Assembly: GCA_026770705.1 (NCBI GenBank) | Contig: JANJGN010000152.1 | Span: 310,001 to 374,000 of the forward strand | Length of the DNA: 64,000 bases | Direction: 5' to 3' | Origin: Isurus oxyrinchus | Lineage: Eukaryota | Part shown: piece after piece, positions 52,531-64,000 of the stretch | How positions within the stretch are numbered: the stretch's first letter is position 1 | Layout: the number at the start of each line of letters is the position of its first letter | The notes under the pieces: generated by a model | Databases searched by the model: none | Seen by the model: the letters and a program-made list of their open reading frames with translations, nothing else | What the model was told of the DNA's origin: nothing | Made by a program: the position numbers and the translations under genes

Positions 52531-53095
52531 GGGGCACAAGGAAAGATTTGAAAACAGGGATGAGAATTATAAAATTGAGTTTGGGTGAATCTTAAATTTC
52601 CATAAACATATTCCTTGGAGCCATTCTTCCCGTTAATTCTGATGAGCCTATTTGGGGGGTAACTACTGAAAGTGGGTATGGTAGGAGCGGTTGGTGGCCC
52701 TTGGGCCCTGTTCCCTGCAGCCTCCCCAGCCCCTCCCACACCCCCTGCAAAAGTGATCTACTAACGAAAGTGTTTTAGAAGCACTGCTGTTAGGTGTCTT
52801 GTGCCCAAAGGCAGTCGAAGAACAAAACACTGAGGACGCTGGAAATCCGAAATAAGAACAGAAAATGTTGGAATCACCCAGCATCTGTGAAGAGAGAAAC
52901 AGAGTTAACGATTCAGGTCAGAACCAAAGGGTAAGGCACTGCAGGAATGCAGATCTTTTATCTGGATTTAAGGCTGGATATAGAGCTCCAGATGGCTGGA
53001 GGTGTTCTGTGATCTTGTGGAAAGGTTTGTTTGAAGGGATGCTAACCTGGCTGTGAACTGTTGCTGATGCTGTTTGTACTTTGCTCTGGTTAAAG

Positions 53096-53205
53096 GTGGT
53101 TGGCGAGTGGCGTTTCAGCTGGGTTCACTGTGACATCTTTGTGACACTGGATGTGATGCTGTGCACAGCCAGAATCCTCGACCTGTGTGCCATCAGCATT
53201 GACAG
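53096..53205 (+). pseudogene. DRD2: D2-type receptor pseudogene, coding exon 2 (TM3)
   Basis: 110 nt, aaag|...|gtaat. Reads [36 protein letters not shown]. Confidence 0.93.
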
Positions 53206-53587
53206 GTAATCGGAGGGCTTTCAGTGACGTTCGCCAGTGTGGAAACAGGCCATTCGGCCCATCTGTTCCATGCTAGTATTTCTCCTCCACACGAGGTCCC
53301 TCCCTCCCCATCTTCACCATATCCTCTATTTCTTTCTGCTTCGTGTGTTTATCCTGCTTCCCCCTTAAATTCATCGATGCTATTCACCTCAACCATTCCC
53401 TGGATGCGAGTTCCACATTCTCCCCAATCTTTGGGTAAAGAAGTATCTCCTGAATTCACCATTGGATTTATTTTTAGGAATGTGGGCATCTGCTGGCAAG
53501 GTCAATATCACCCTTCAAATTTTGAATGACCCGTCAGTGTTAGGGTTAGAGTCAACCACATATCTGTGGGTCTATAAAAGGGTTTTC

Positions 53588-56310
53588 TGTAGTAATTATA
53601 GTTCTGATAAATATAGGATTGTACCTTTAACCACAGAGGAGGGAAAAGAGGAGAGTGATTCTCCTGAGTATTTATGGGGGCAAATCCTACAGTTTAATTC
53701 GAAGCTTGACGACCCCCAGTGCCCCTGACTTGAAGACCCTCAGTAAATTAGTAACAATAAGGAACATTTTCAACCCAAACCCTCAGTCACAATGCAGAGG
53801 TTCAGGTTCAATTCACTGAATACAGCCCCGAGAGAGACCATTGCTACCCATGTGGCGAAAGTAAAACAACTAATGGAATATTGTGATTTTGGTGAAAGCC
53901 TGAAGGATATGCTCAGAGATCATTTTTGTCTCTGGCGTGCAAGAGGATGCTATTCAGTGAAGATTGCTGACTGAAGTGGACCTTGATTTTAAGAAAGCAT
54001 TAGAAATAGTGCTTGCGATGGAAAGTGCTGGAAGGGATTCACGAGCGATTCAAGGTGCACAAAATGGCGCCATTTTCCTAGTTGGGCAGAAATGGTCAAC
54101 TGAAAGGAGCACGAAAATCCAGGACTCCGCCGTGAAGCGGGAAACAGCCCCCAATAACCGAAAACTGAGGAACCAGTTTATTAGCAAATTTGAAAACTAA
54201 TTTTATCGACGTGGAAACGATCACACTCCTAATGATTGGCAATTTTAAAAAGTGGAATGTTATTTTTGTTGCAAAAGAGGACACATATTGAAACATTGCA
54301 AAGCGACATTAAAACAGGCTTCCAGGCAATGAACAAAGTCCAATGAAGTATATAGTGAGGAAGAGCCAGAAACAACCAATTCTGACATTTAATCCTTGTT
54401 CAGCATGAGAGTTGGGAAGGCAGAGCCAGTCACTGTCACTTTACAGGTGAATGGGAAATTCTTAATAATGGAAGTAGACATTGGTGCTTCTATCACTGTA
54501 GTAGGAGAACACACTTTCAAATATTTAAATAAAAGTGCTCAACAATTAAATTTGGAACAAACGGCTACCAAGTTGAAAACGTGCACAGGCGAAGAAATCC
54601 AGGTAAAATATATCACCAGAGCACCTGCTTATTATAGACACCAAACAGCACAACTACCAGTGATGGTATTAGACCAAGCCTTCTAAGTCGAAATTGGTTG
54701 AGGAAAACTAACCTTGATTGGCCAGTGAGATTTCAAAAGGAAGCAGAAATAGTTCCTGAGTTGAAGAAGGAACAAGTCAAGGCCCTTCAGAAAGAGCCTG
54801 GAAAGTCCAAGGACCGCAATTGGATGAAAATGGAGTGTGTAGCTATTCAGCAACCTGAAGAAATGAAGACTGTTTTAAACAACGACATGGAAGAACAGCA
54901 AAATAAACTCAAGGCGACTCTGCTGAAATAGAGTTCAAGTTGAAGCGAATGAGTTTCGCACAAAGAAAAGAAAAACCCTGTTGAAAGACCCTCATACACT
55001 ACAAGGATCCCTCAGGTCAAAATTTGTACCTCTGGAAAATTACAAAGAGAAGCAGGAAGAATTTAACGTCACCATGAACAAACTGAAGAACCAATTGGCA
55101 CAGAAGATGCAGCAATGTTCAAGGTTCCAGGAGGAAGCCAACAGATACATGAAAGAGACAGAAGAGCTGAAGAATCAGCTGAATGCAGCTAAAGAAACCT
55201 TGAAAGGAAAGATCGTAGAACTGTCCAAGATGCAAGTAGATAATGAAGTCATGGGTAACTCAATTAGTGAACTAAGACAAGTTGAGAAACTACCTGAGAG
55301 AAGTCTGGCCGACAGTGAAGTCAAGAGGAAGGCCAAGACTAAACTCTGTGGTAGAAAGCAGAAGACAAAAAGGAGGAAGATCTTGAAAAGACAATAAAAG
55401 GCAGGAATGAAAAAGTTAACAGGTGAATCATCGGAAACTAAACTTGCTCGTTTCCTATTTCAATACAGAACAATCCCAATTTGGAGGGGAAGGTGGAAAA
55501 AAGTCAAGGGAACCAAAAAGCGACTCCTGATTGGCATAGTCATGAGCAACAATTTACTTGGAGAAACAGTGTCTGTAAGGAATGTCGGTGGAAGACCGAA
55601 GTGGCTAGCTGGTAAAGTAAGCTCTGTAACCGGACCATTGTCATACCACATGGAAGTGGAGGGGCGGATCACCTGTAAGTATGTGGATCATTGAGGAAGA
55701 GAGATATCCCAACAAAATTATATTCCACCTGTAACCATTGCTGAACCTATGGTTCCTGTTGAAGTTGCTCAGCCAAGGACAGACGTGCCCGATGTCTCTG
55801 TTGGAGTGGAAGACACTGAACTGCCTGTATCTGATGTTAATGCAGTTCCAGAGCATGTGGTTCCTGCAAAATAATCGGAAGTCAGGAGCTGCGACGTTCC
55901 ACAGGGATCGGGAAACCATCTTAAAGACTGAACTTGTAATTTGATGACCTGTGTAAGTATTGTGATGTAGTGAGATAAATCTCCTCTAAAATACAAAAGG
56001 TACAGAAAAGTTTACAGGTGGAGTGGGAGGTGTGTGTGTGTGTGTGTGTGTGGGGCGGGGGGGGGGGTGGTGGGTGGGGGCTGCAGTAATTATAGTTCTG
56101 ATAAACGTAGGACTGTAGCTTTAAGAGTATGCCTGTGTTGTAAAATAACATGAACTGTATAAACCAATGAATTAGAAGCACGGGGACCCTCGAGGAGAGA
56201 ATTCTTCTTTCGTTATAGAGTCCTTTGCACACATGTAACTGCTGCCGTCTTGTAAATAAAGTCCAACGTTTCCACCAAGCAAAGCTGCCTAGAAAATCAA
56301 CTCTATCACA
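53588..56310 (+). mobile_element. Internally deleted Gypsy/Ty3 LTR retrotransposon (gag, protease, foreign coiled-coil insert, integrase C-terminus)
   Basis: LTR start tgtagtaattatagttctgataaa at 53588 is repeated at about 56082 after a G-rich PPT, and the 3' LTR ends ...tatcaCA at 56310. Flanks ttttc/ctttc form a near-perfect 5-bp TSD. gag (QRFRFNS, CDFGESLKDMLRD, CYFCCKRGH), protease (MEVDIGAS), integrase tail (LARFLFQYRTIP, KWLAGKV..TGPLSY). No RT or RNaseH. Confidence 0.85.
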
Positions 56311-56329
56311 CTTTCCTTCCCGAAAGTAC

Positions 56330-57060
56330 GGGTTATATTATCTAAATGGTGAGAGTTTGCAGAGCTCTGAGATGCAGAGGGATCTGGGTGTCCTAGTGCA
56401 TGAATCACAAAATGCAGGTACATCATCTAATTAGGAAGGCTAATAGAATGTTATAGTTTATTGCGAGGGGAATTGATTGTAGGGAGGCTATGCTGCAGTT
56501 TTACGGGGCACTGGTGAGACCGTATCAGGAGTACTGTGTACAGTATTGGTCACCTTATTTAAGGAAAGGTCTGAAGGCAGCAGTTCAGAGGATGTTTACC
56601 AGGCTAATACCAGGAATGCGTGGGTTGTCGTATGAGGAAAGGGTGGACAGGTTAGGCACGTATCCACTGGAATTTAGATGTGTAAGAAACATTTAAGATC
56701 CTGAGGTGTCTTGACAGGGTGGATGTGGAGAGGATGTTTCCTCTTGTGGGAGAATCTAGAACGAGGGGTCGCTGTTTAAAAATAAGGGATCGCTCTTTTA
56801 AGACAGAGATTAGGAGATGTTTTTTCTCTCAGAGGGTCGTGAGTCTTTGGAGCTCTCTTCCTCAAAAGGCAGTGGACGCAGAGTCTTTGAATATATCTAA
56901 GGCAGAGCGAGATAGATTCTTGGTTAACAAGGGTTTGAAAGGTGATTGGGGCTAGGCAGGAATGTGGTGTTGAGGTTACAATCAGGTGAGCCATGGTCTT
57001 ATTGAATGGCGGAACAGGCTCAAGGGGCTGAGTGGCCTGCTCCTGCTCATATTTCATAAT
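56330..57060 (+). mobile_element. CR1 LINE 3' fragment
   Basis: YYLNGE..QRDLGVLVH, RPYQEYCVQYWSPYLRK, FFSQRVV. Confidence 0.9.
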
Positions 57061-57509
57061 TTGCGATGTGTCCATCTGAATTCATACACATCAGGGTCCC
57101 ATGAGAGTACATGACACATCTGTGCCATTGTCAGTGGAATGCCGTCTGGGCTGCACAAAGGTAGCTCTTCTGTTCTTCCATCTCTTCACCACGCCCCCCC
57201 CACCCCCCCCCCCCCCCCCCCCCCCCCCCCACCCACCACCTCCCTCCTCAGGCCTTTACGCCCCCCCCATCCTCCCTCCTTCCTCCATTACTTTCCCTGG
57301 GCTCCCTAGTTTTGGAATGAGTGGGGCCAGCGAGACCCAACGGGCAGTGATAGGCCCTTTCATGACTCTAGGTTGTCCTGATGTGCATTCACAAGGTTCC
57401 CCCCACCCCTCCTCCTGGCAGCTCAATAGAGAATGGGACCCTCCCATGAGAGAGGCTGTCCCGCTTGTGATCCTGGTTGGAAACGGTGGGAAACTGCGAA
57501 ATATTGGTC

Positions 57510-58430
57510 AGCATGTAGGTACAGCAAGGAACTCGAAAGGTAAATGGTATGTTCACCTTTATTGCAAACGGATTGGCATATAAAAGTAAAGAAGTCTTCA
57601 AATAATTATATAGGTCTTTGGTGAGACTACACCTGAAGTATTGTGCACAATTCTTGATCCCTAACCATACCCCTAACCCCTAACCCTTCCCCTAACCCCA
57701 ACCCCAACCCTAACCTCATCCCTAACTCCCTATCCCTAATCCTCACTCCATAACCCCATCCCTAACTCTCCAACACCATCCCTAACTCCTAACTCCAGCC
57801 CTAACCCCATCCCTAACTCCCTACCTCCACCCTAACATCTCAACCCCATCCCTAACTCCCTACACCAAACCCTAACCCCATCCCTAACTCCCTACCCCTA
57901 ACCTTAACTCCATAACCCCATCCCTAACTCCCTAACCCCATCCCTAACTTAAACTAAACTGATTCCTGGGATGAGAGGGATGTCCTATGAAGGGAGATCG
58001 AGTAGAATGGCCCCATATTCTCTAGAGTTTAGAAGAATGAGAGGTGATCTCATTGAAATGTACAAAATTCTTCGGGAGTTTAACACGGTCAATTCTAAGA
58101 GGCAGTTAACCCCACCCTGGCAGAGGAGTCTGGAACAATGTGGGGGGAGTGGGGTGGGGTCACAGGCTAAGGATTAGAGGTCAGCCATTTTGGACTGAGA
58201 TGAGGAGAAATTTCTTCACTCAAAGGGTTGTGAATCTTTGGAATTCTCTACCCCAGAGAGCTATGGATGCTATGTCATTGGGTATACTCAAGACTCAGAT
58301 TGATAGATTTTAAGGCTCTGAGGGTGGGAAGGTGGAGTTGAGGTAGAACCTCAGCCATGATCTTAATGAATAGGTGGGGCAGGCTCGAGAGGCCGAATGG
58401 CCTCCTCCTGCTCCTATTTGTCTGGATGTT
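57510..58430 (+). mobile_element. CR1 LINE 3' fragment interrupted by a telomere-like tract
   Basis: LVRLHLKYCAQF before 57660; LIPGMRGMSYE..LEFRRMRGDLIE after 57955. Confidence 0.85.
57658..57950. repeat. Degenerate interstitial telomere-like repeat (CCCTAA)n
   Basis: ccctaacccctaacc...ccctaaccccatccctaactccc, with many CCCTAA hexamers and variants. Confidence 0.8.
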
Positions 58431-58638
58431 TGCTAGTTCTTGGGAATACTGTGTACCTTTTTCCGATTGGATCAATGGATCCTCATCCTCAACCTCCCTT
58501 GGTTGCCATGGCTACAGGAGCAGGCCATTTGGCTTACTGAACTTACTTCCCTGCTTCACTCACCACCTATTTTGGAGCTTTTTAAAGACCGTCCGGTTCA
58601 TCAACAGCTCTAACCTGTTTCTTGTCCACCCCTTGCAG

Positions 58639-58778
58639 CTACACAGCGATTGCCATGCCAATGCTCTACAAAACCCACCTCAGCTCCAAGCAGAGAGTCA
58701 CGTTGATGATAACCATGGTCTGAGTGCTGTCTTTCGCCATCTCATGCCCGCTGCTCTTCAGGCTAAAAAACCACCCTG
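58639..58778 (+). pseudogene. DRD2: D2-type receptor pseudogene, coding exon 3 (IL2, TM4)
   Basis: ttgcag|...|gtaag. Reads [39 protein letters not shown]. W4.50 is TGA (58721-58723) and spliced DRY becomes DSY. Confidence 0.92.
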
Positions 58779-59946
58779 GTAAGCTGTGCCCATCATGAAC
58801 CCTTCTTTCACTTTTTCTTCCTCTATTGTCTCCTTCTATGGTGAGGGAGGGGCATGAGAATTCTCACAGCAGTCCCAGAGATTGGGAACTTCAGTTATAT
58901 GGAGAAACCGGAGCAGCTGGGGTTTTTCTCCTCAGAGCAGAGAAGGTTAAGGGGGAGATTTAATTGAGGCATGCAAATTCATGATAGGTTTTCACAGAGT
59001 AAATAAGGAGAAAATGTTTCCAGTGGCAGGAAGGCCGGTAACCAGAGGGCCACAGATTAAAGAGAATCAGGAAAAGAATCAGAGGAGGAGATTAGGAGAA
59101 TTTATGCTCCACACCAGCACCTGCCCACCCCCTCCTTATCTCTCCCATCACCTATTCTTTTCTCCTTCATGTGTTTATCTAGCTTCCCCCTTAAATACAT
59201 CGATACTATTCACCTCAACCACTCCCTGTGGGAGTGAGTTCCACATTCTCCCCACTCTCTAGGTGAAGAAGTTTCTCCCGAATTCCCCATTGAATTTACT
59301 GGTTGTTGTACTACGCTGATAGTGCTGGTATCTCACCACTGCCAACCATGTTGTATTATGGTGTGCAGTGGTGTCTCAATGATGAGACCTTGAGAATTGT
59401 AGATTTAAACATGAACTCTATCTATTTACAGATCTCAGGTTACTGTCATGCATGGCGCTGCTACCTCCATGCAGGCTGGTTGCAGAGTGTTCTCTCCAGA
59501 CTGTTCTCTCGGTCTGTTACCATGTGACTTTATACATCATACCGTGCGTGGTGTTATTCTCCAGTCCCACTCTAACTCTTACTCTGCTGAACACCTTTAC
59601 GTTACAGTGGCATGCCGGTACATACAACACTAGTGACTATCTTATTTTGATGACTGTCCAGTTCTGGTCTCCCACCCGCGTTACCCTCCCCCACCCCAAA
59701 AGTGGAAACAATTTCTCTAGGTTCACACTGTCAAAACTCTTTCATAGTTTTAAAAGTTTCTATCAGGTCACCCCTCAGCCTTCTCTTTTCTAGAGGAAAG
59801 AGCCCCAACCTCTTCAGTCTTGCCTGGTAGTTATAAGCTCGTAATTCGGCTGCCATCTTTGTGAACCTTTAGTTGCATATTCTCCAGTGACTCAAAGAGA
59901 GTTTTTGCAATTATGGAGACCAGGAATGTGCTCTGTCCTGTTCCAG

Positions 59947-60146
59947 ATAAAAAGAACGAGACCATCTGTGCCATCATGAACCCTTCTTTTATTTTATATT
60001 CTTCTATTGTCTCCTTCTATGTTCCCTTCATCATGACGCTGTTGGTTTATGTCCAGATTTATGCCATGCTGAGATGGAGGAGGAAGCGTGTGGCAGCTAT
60101 GAGGATTAGCATTGCCATGGAGCATGAAACCCAACCGCCCATAAAG
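59947..60146 (+). pseudogene. DRD2: D2-type receptor pseudogene, coding exon 4 (TM5)
   Basis: ttccag|...|gtcaga. Reads DKKNETICAIMNPSFILYSSIVSFYVPFIMTLLVYVQIYAMLRWRRKRV...PPIK. Confidence 0.93.
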
Positions 60147-61271
60147 GTCAGAAGCGTAAATAACAAGCTCAAATATTAAAATGAAGGGATGTGGGTAGTG
60201 GGCGTGGTGTAAGTGACTGACCTTTAACCTCTAGACTTTGCGATTAAATCCTGCACAAGTTTGCTTTCTATAGATGCTGCACGGGTTCAATTCGACATGG
60301 GTTAGAGTTGCTTCGATCCATTTTGTACCAGACACGCTGCCAATGATGCAGAGTTGCTTTCAACCTGCCATTTAAGGGAGGATACAGGATGACTGAGGAA
60401 GTGATGTCATCACAGGTATAGGATGTTGGTCTTTTGTAGGAGGCTGCAGATTGGCAGGTATAGAGGGAAATGTACATCTAACCTCACGTTGTCCTGGGAG
60501 TGTTTGGTGGGGACAGTGTAGAGGGAGCTCTACTCTGTATCTAATCCCGTGCTGTACCTGTCCTGGGAGTGTTTGGAAGGGACAGTGTCTTGCTTTATTA
60601 TTTAAAAAATATGCTTTTCAGGGTGATATTTCCTTGTGCAATATTACTGTGCATATCACATAATTATATTCCACCTGAAACAATCTCTCCCTCCACCACC
60701 GACGCACAGTGGCAGCAGAGTGTACCATCTACAAGACGCACTGCAGCAACTCACCAAGCCTCCTTAGATAGTACCTCCCAAACCCATGACCATGATCATC
60801 TAGAAAGACAAGGGTAGCAGATAGGAAACACCACCACCTGGAAGTTCCTCACTAAGTCACTCACTATCCTGACTTAGAAATACATCGTCTGCTCCTTCAC
60901 TGTCGCTGGGTCAAAATCCTGGAGCTCCCTCCCTAACAGCAATGTGGGTGTACCTACACCACATGGACTGCAATGGTTCAAGAAAGCAGCTCACCCCCAC
61001 CTTCTCAAGGGGCAATTAGGGATGGGCAACAAATGCTGACCCAGCCGGCGAAGCCCACATCCCATGAATGAATATTTTTTTTTTAAAAATGTAATACTTA
61101 AGTCAGTAATTTTGAAAGGATTTTTGCCCTATTTATTGGATAATCTCTCAATTCAAATTGTAAACAATGGCTTTTCTTTATGGCCAATATGAAGTATTCG
61201 TATCCATGTTCGTGCCTACTCTGTTGCTAGGGTCGATAATTCCATTTTTTTTTTGTTTTATTTAGTTCCAG

Positions 61272-61355
61272 AATAAGTGCACACACCCAGATGTCAAACT
61301 TTGCACTTTAATGGTCCAATCAAACGGGAGCACTAGTGTGAGTAAAAAGAAATTG
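61272..61355 (+). pseudogene. DRD2: D2-type receptor pseudogene, exon equivalent to the D2-long cassette exon
   Basis: 84 nt, ttccag|...|gtaag. NKCTHPDVKLCTLMVQSNGSTSVSKKKL versus human [29 protein letters not shown]. Confidence 0.9.
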
Positions 61356-62255
61356 GTAAGGCCTCACCTGGAGACATCAGAATCCTCGGAGCTGATTGAC
61401 AAATTCCCAGTTCAATTTCAGTGGCCGAAATTCCCACTTGTCACAAAGGTCACCAATCATTCCAAAGGTCATTGATCAACTCTCTTCCCATTCGCTGCCA
61501 TCGCATGGAATCTCAATGGACCCAAATCATTTCCCACTCATTCCCATTGCACACAATCCAATGGAACAAACCCCTTCTCCTTCACTCCTATTGTGCAGAA
61601 TGTCAATAGATCGATCCATTCCCATCGCACAGAACCCCAATTCCTTTCACTTCAATAGGGAGATTGGAGAAGTTGGGATTGTTCTCCTTAGGGCAGAGAA
61701 GGTACAGAGAGGGATTTAATCGAGGTGGGCGAAATCATGAGGGGTTTGGATAGAGTAAATAAGGAGAAACTGTTTCCTGTATCAGGAGGGTTGGTAACCA
61801 GAGGGACACAGATCGAAGAGAATCAGTAAAAGAAAGAGGGGGAGATGGGGAGATTTTTTTTTTCTTTTTGCACAGTGAGTTGCTGTGATCTGGAAGGCGC
61901 TGCCTGAAAGGGTGGTGGAAGCAGATTCAGTAGGAACTTTCAAAAGGGGAGTTGGATAAATATTTGAAGGGGAAAAATTTGCTGGGCTTTTGGGCAAAGA
62001 GTGGGCGGAAGTGTGGGACTAATTAGAAAGCTCTTTCAAAAAACCATCAGAGGCTCGCTGGGCTTAATGGCCTTCTCCTGTGCAGTATGATTCTGTGAAC
62101 AAGTTAACTGCCCACACCCCATGTACAAAATGGTGACTTGGAGACAAGGACCCTTTGTCATTCCCTTGCTTGTCCTCTCCTGTGATTTGTGTGTGCTCTG
62201 GTCTGTGCTATTGGCTGTTGGTAACACCCATTTCCTCTTCTTTTTGGCATCCTAG

Positions 62256-62582
62256 ACACTGGTACGAGAAGCAATCCCTTACTCTGAGGGAGCCAGATTT
62301 GTGGGGCCTCCCGAGAGGCCAAGGCCAACAGGAACTCCACTGGCTTTCCAGCTGGAGACCACTTCCAGATCCTTCCTAATGGCTGGTAATGGAAGTCACC
62401 TTCCTCCTTCGAGGTATCCGCAGACTCCAAGTGCGATGGCCAAGCAAGGTTCTTCAGGCGGAGCGCTTTTGAGGTGCGGAGGGTGTCAGATGAGAAACAG
62501 GTGCCAGCGGCCAAATCAGCAGGGAAAGCAAACTGTCCCACCAGAAGGAGAAGAAAGCAACAAATGTTGGTGGTTGTCTTAG
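62256..62582 (+). pseudogene. DRD2: D2-type receptor pseudogene, IL3/TM6 exon with frameshifts
   Basis: cctag|...|gtgagt. Contains PPERPR, AFEVRRV and KLSHQKEKKAT-(frameshift)-MLVVVL versus KLSQQKEKKATQMLAIVLG. Confidence 0.82.
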
Positions 62583-62589
62583 GTGAGTC

Positions 62590-63245
62590 CAGAACAAACT
62601 AGAACAAATAGACTATGTTCCAACGAGTCACAATGATCTAGAACAATAGCCCAAGATCCATCGTCTTGGTGGTCTAGAACAATTGGCTAGGTGTTGTTTT
62701 GTCACAATGATCGAGAATAGGCAAACGTCTATCGGTTCTTACAATGATCTAGAACAACAGACCGAGTTCTATGTAGTTACGACTATCTGGAAAAATAGAC
62801 GAGGTTCCATTGTGTCTCAATGATTTAGAAGAACAGGATAGATTCCATGGATTTTGCAATGATCTTGGACTGTAGGCTAAATTACGTGCTCTACAACTGT
62901 GGACTAACTTCCATAGTCTTGAAATGATTGAGAAAATAGGCAAAGTTGCCTTGTGGCACAATGATCGATAACCATAGGTTAAGTTGCATTGTAGCACAAT
63001 AATTTAGATCAACAGTCCAAGTTCTATGGGTTTTGCTGTAATCCAGAACAATAGGCTGCATTCCACCAGATCACAATGTTCTAGAGTAATAGGCCAAGCT
63101 GCATGTAAATGTAATGATCTAGACTAATTGGCTATGAATGGTGTACTATACTCCCAGTAGATTAGTCTGAGTCCTATAGTGTTACAATGATCTAGAACAA
63201 TAGGCTAAGTTGTATGGAATCACTATATTCTAGGATTGTATTCTA
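62590..63245. repeat. Diverged minisatellite of about 38 bp (acaatgatctagaacaatagg...)
   Basis: Core recurs at about 62630, 62666, 62704, 62741, 62779, 62817, 62856 and onward. Confidence 0.85.
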
Positions 63246-63457
63246 TACCGATGATACCAAATGTATAAGCTTGTGTGCCATGAATGTAATGTGAATTTTA
63301 TCAAAGAAGTAGCAACTGCAAGTAATTAATGGAGCCCTGTTGCCATATGGTTGAGGAGCTCTGAGTGGGGTAGGAACCCTTTCGCGAGTCATTGCGTTGC
63401 AATAACAAATGGACAGGTGCATTGACGACTCTTTTCCTCTCTGTGTCGGATTGGCAG

Positions 63458-63645
63458 GCGTCTTCATCATCTGCTGGCTGCCATTTTTCATCACTCACAT
63501 CCTGAACGTCCACTACTAGAGGTGCTACATCCTGCCGGTGGTCTATAGCGCCTGCGCCTGGCTGGGTTACATCATCAACCCCATCATCTACACGATCTTC
63601 AACGTGGCATTCCGCAAAGCCTTCATGAAGAACTTGCATTGCTGA
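63458..63645 (+). pseudogene. DRD2: D2-type receptor pseudogene, last coding exon (TM6, TM7)
   Basis: ggcag| [36 protein letters not shown](-NSA)[27 protein letters not shown] at 63517-63519, 3-codon deletion in TM7, AATAAA at 63898-63903. Confidence 0.95.
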
Positions 63646-64000
63646 CTCTGGAACAGGGAATGACTCTGGAACAGGGACTGATGCACAGTCACTGGCAACT
63701 GAGAGCCAAGTGGACCAGACCATGAAACTTGCAACTGATGTCTCCACACGAGAGACACAGGAATTTAAGGATCCCAGACTATAAACACCTTATCTCTGCT
63801 GTCTTAACCACACCATAACAGGAAGCCAGAATGATCCCTTCCTGCCAAAGATGGAGGAACATGAGTGCACCACACACTGGCACTTTCTGAACACGACAAT
63901 AAAAGGATGAGTGCTCACACCACAATGTTACGTAGTTTACATACAGTCTCTCTACACCTAAACACCTTCCATCACCACCTGCTCTGAGTTTAGTTGTTGT

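Noticed and set aside
63301-63747. 148-aa minus-strand ORF
   Set aside because: Antisense shadow of the receptor's last exon.

Overview
Vertebrate genomic DNA from a cartilaginous fish (shark-type IgM and shark-type repeats), with one scaffold gap at 42890-43088. Left of the gap, in order: a stearoyl-CoA desaturase-like pseudo-exon; a 2.7-kb G-rich, switch-region-like tandem array; a complete, apparently intact IgM heavy-chain constant region (Cmu1-Cmu4 with secretory tail, TM1, TM2; no V/D/J in the 6.2 kb upstream); a cluster of at least 8 decayed tRNA genes; and a cluster of KRAB-less C2H2 zinc-finger genes and pseudogenes sharing a promoter module and a pre-finger leader. Right of the gap is an unprocessed 7-coding-exon dopamine D2-type receptor pseudogene (48572-63645). 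Its introns hold a deleted Gypsy LTR element whose RT/RNaseH/integrase core is replaced by a UACA-like coiled-coil host fragment, an interstitial telomere-like tract and a duplicated exon fragment. The rest is CR1 LINEs, Penelope-like elements, tRNA-derived SINEs and minisatellites. All homology calls come from reading and translating by eye against remembered sequences, not from database searches. Repeat boundaries are approximate.
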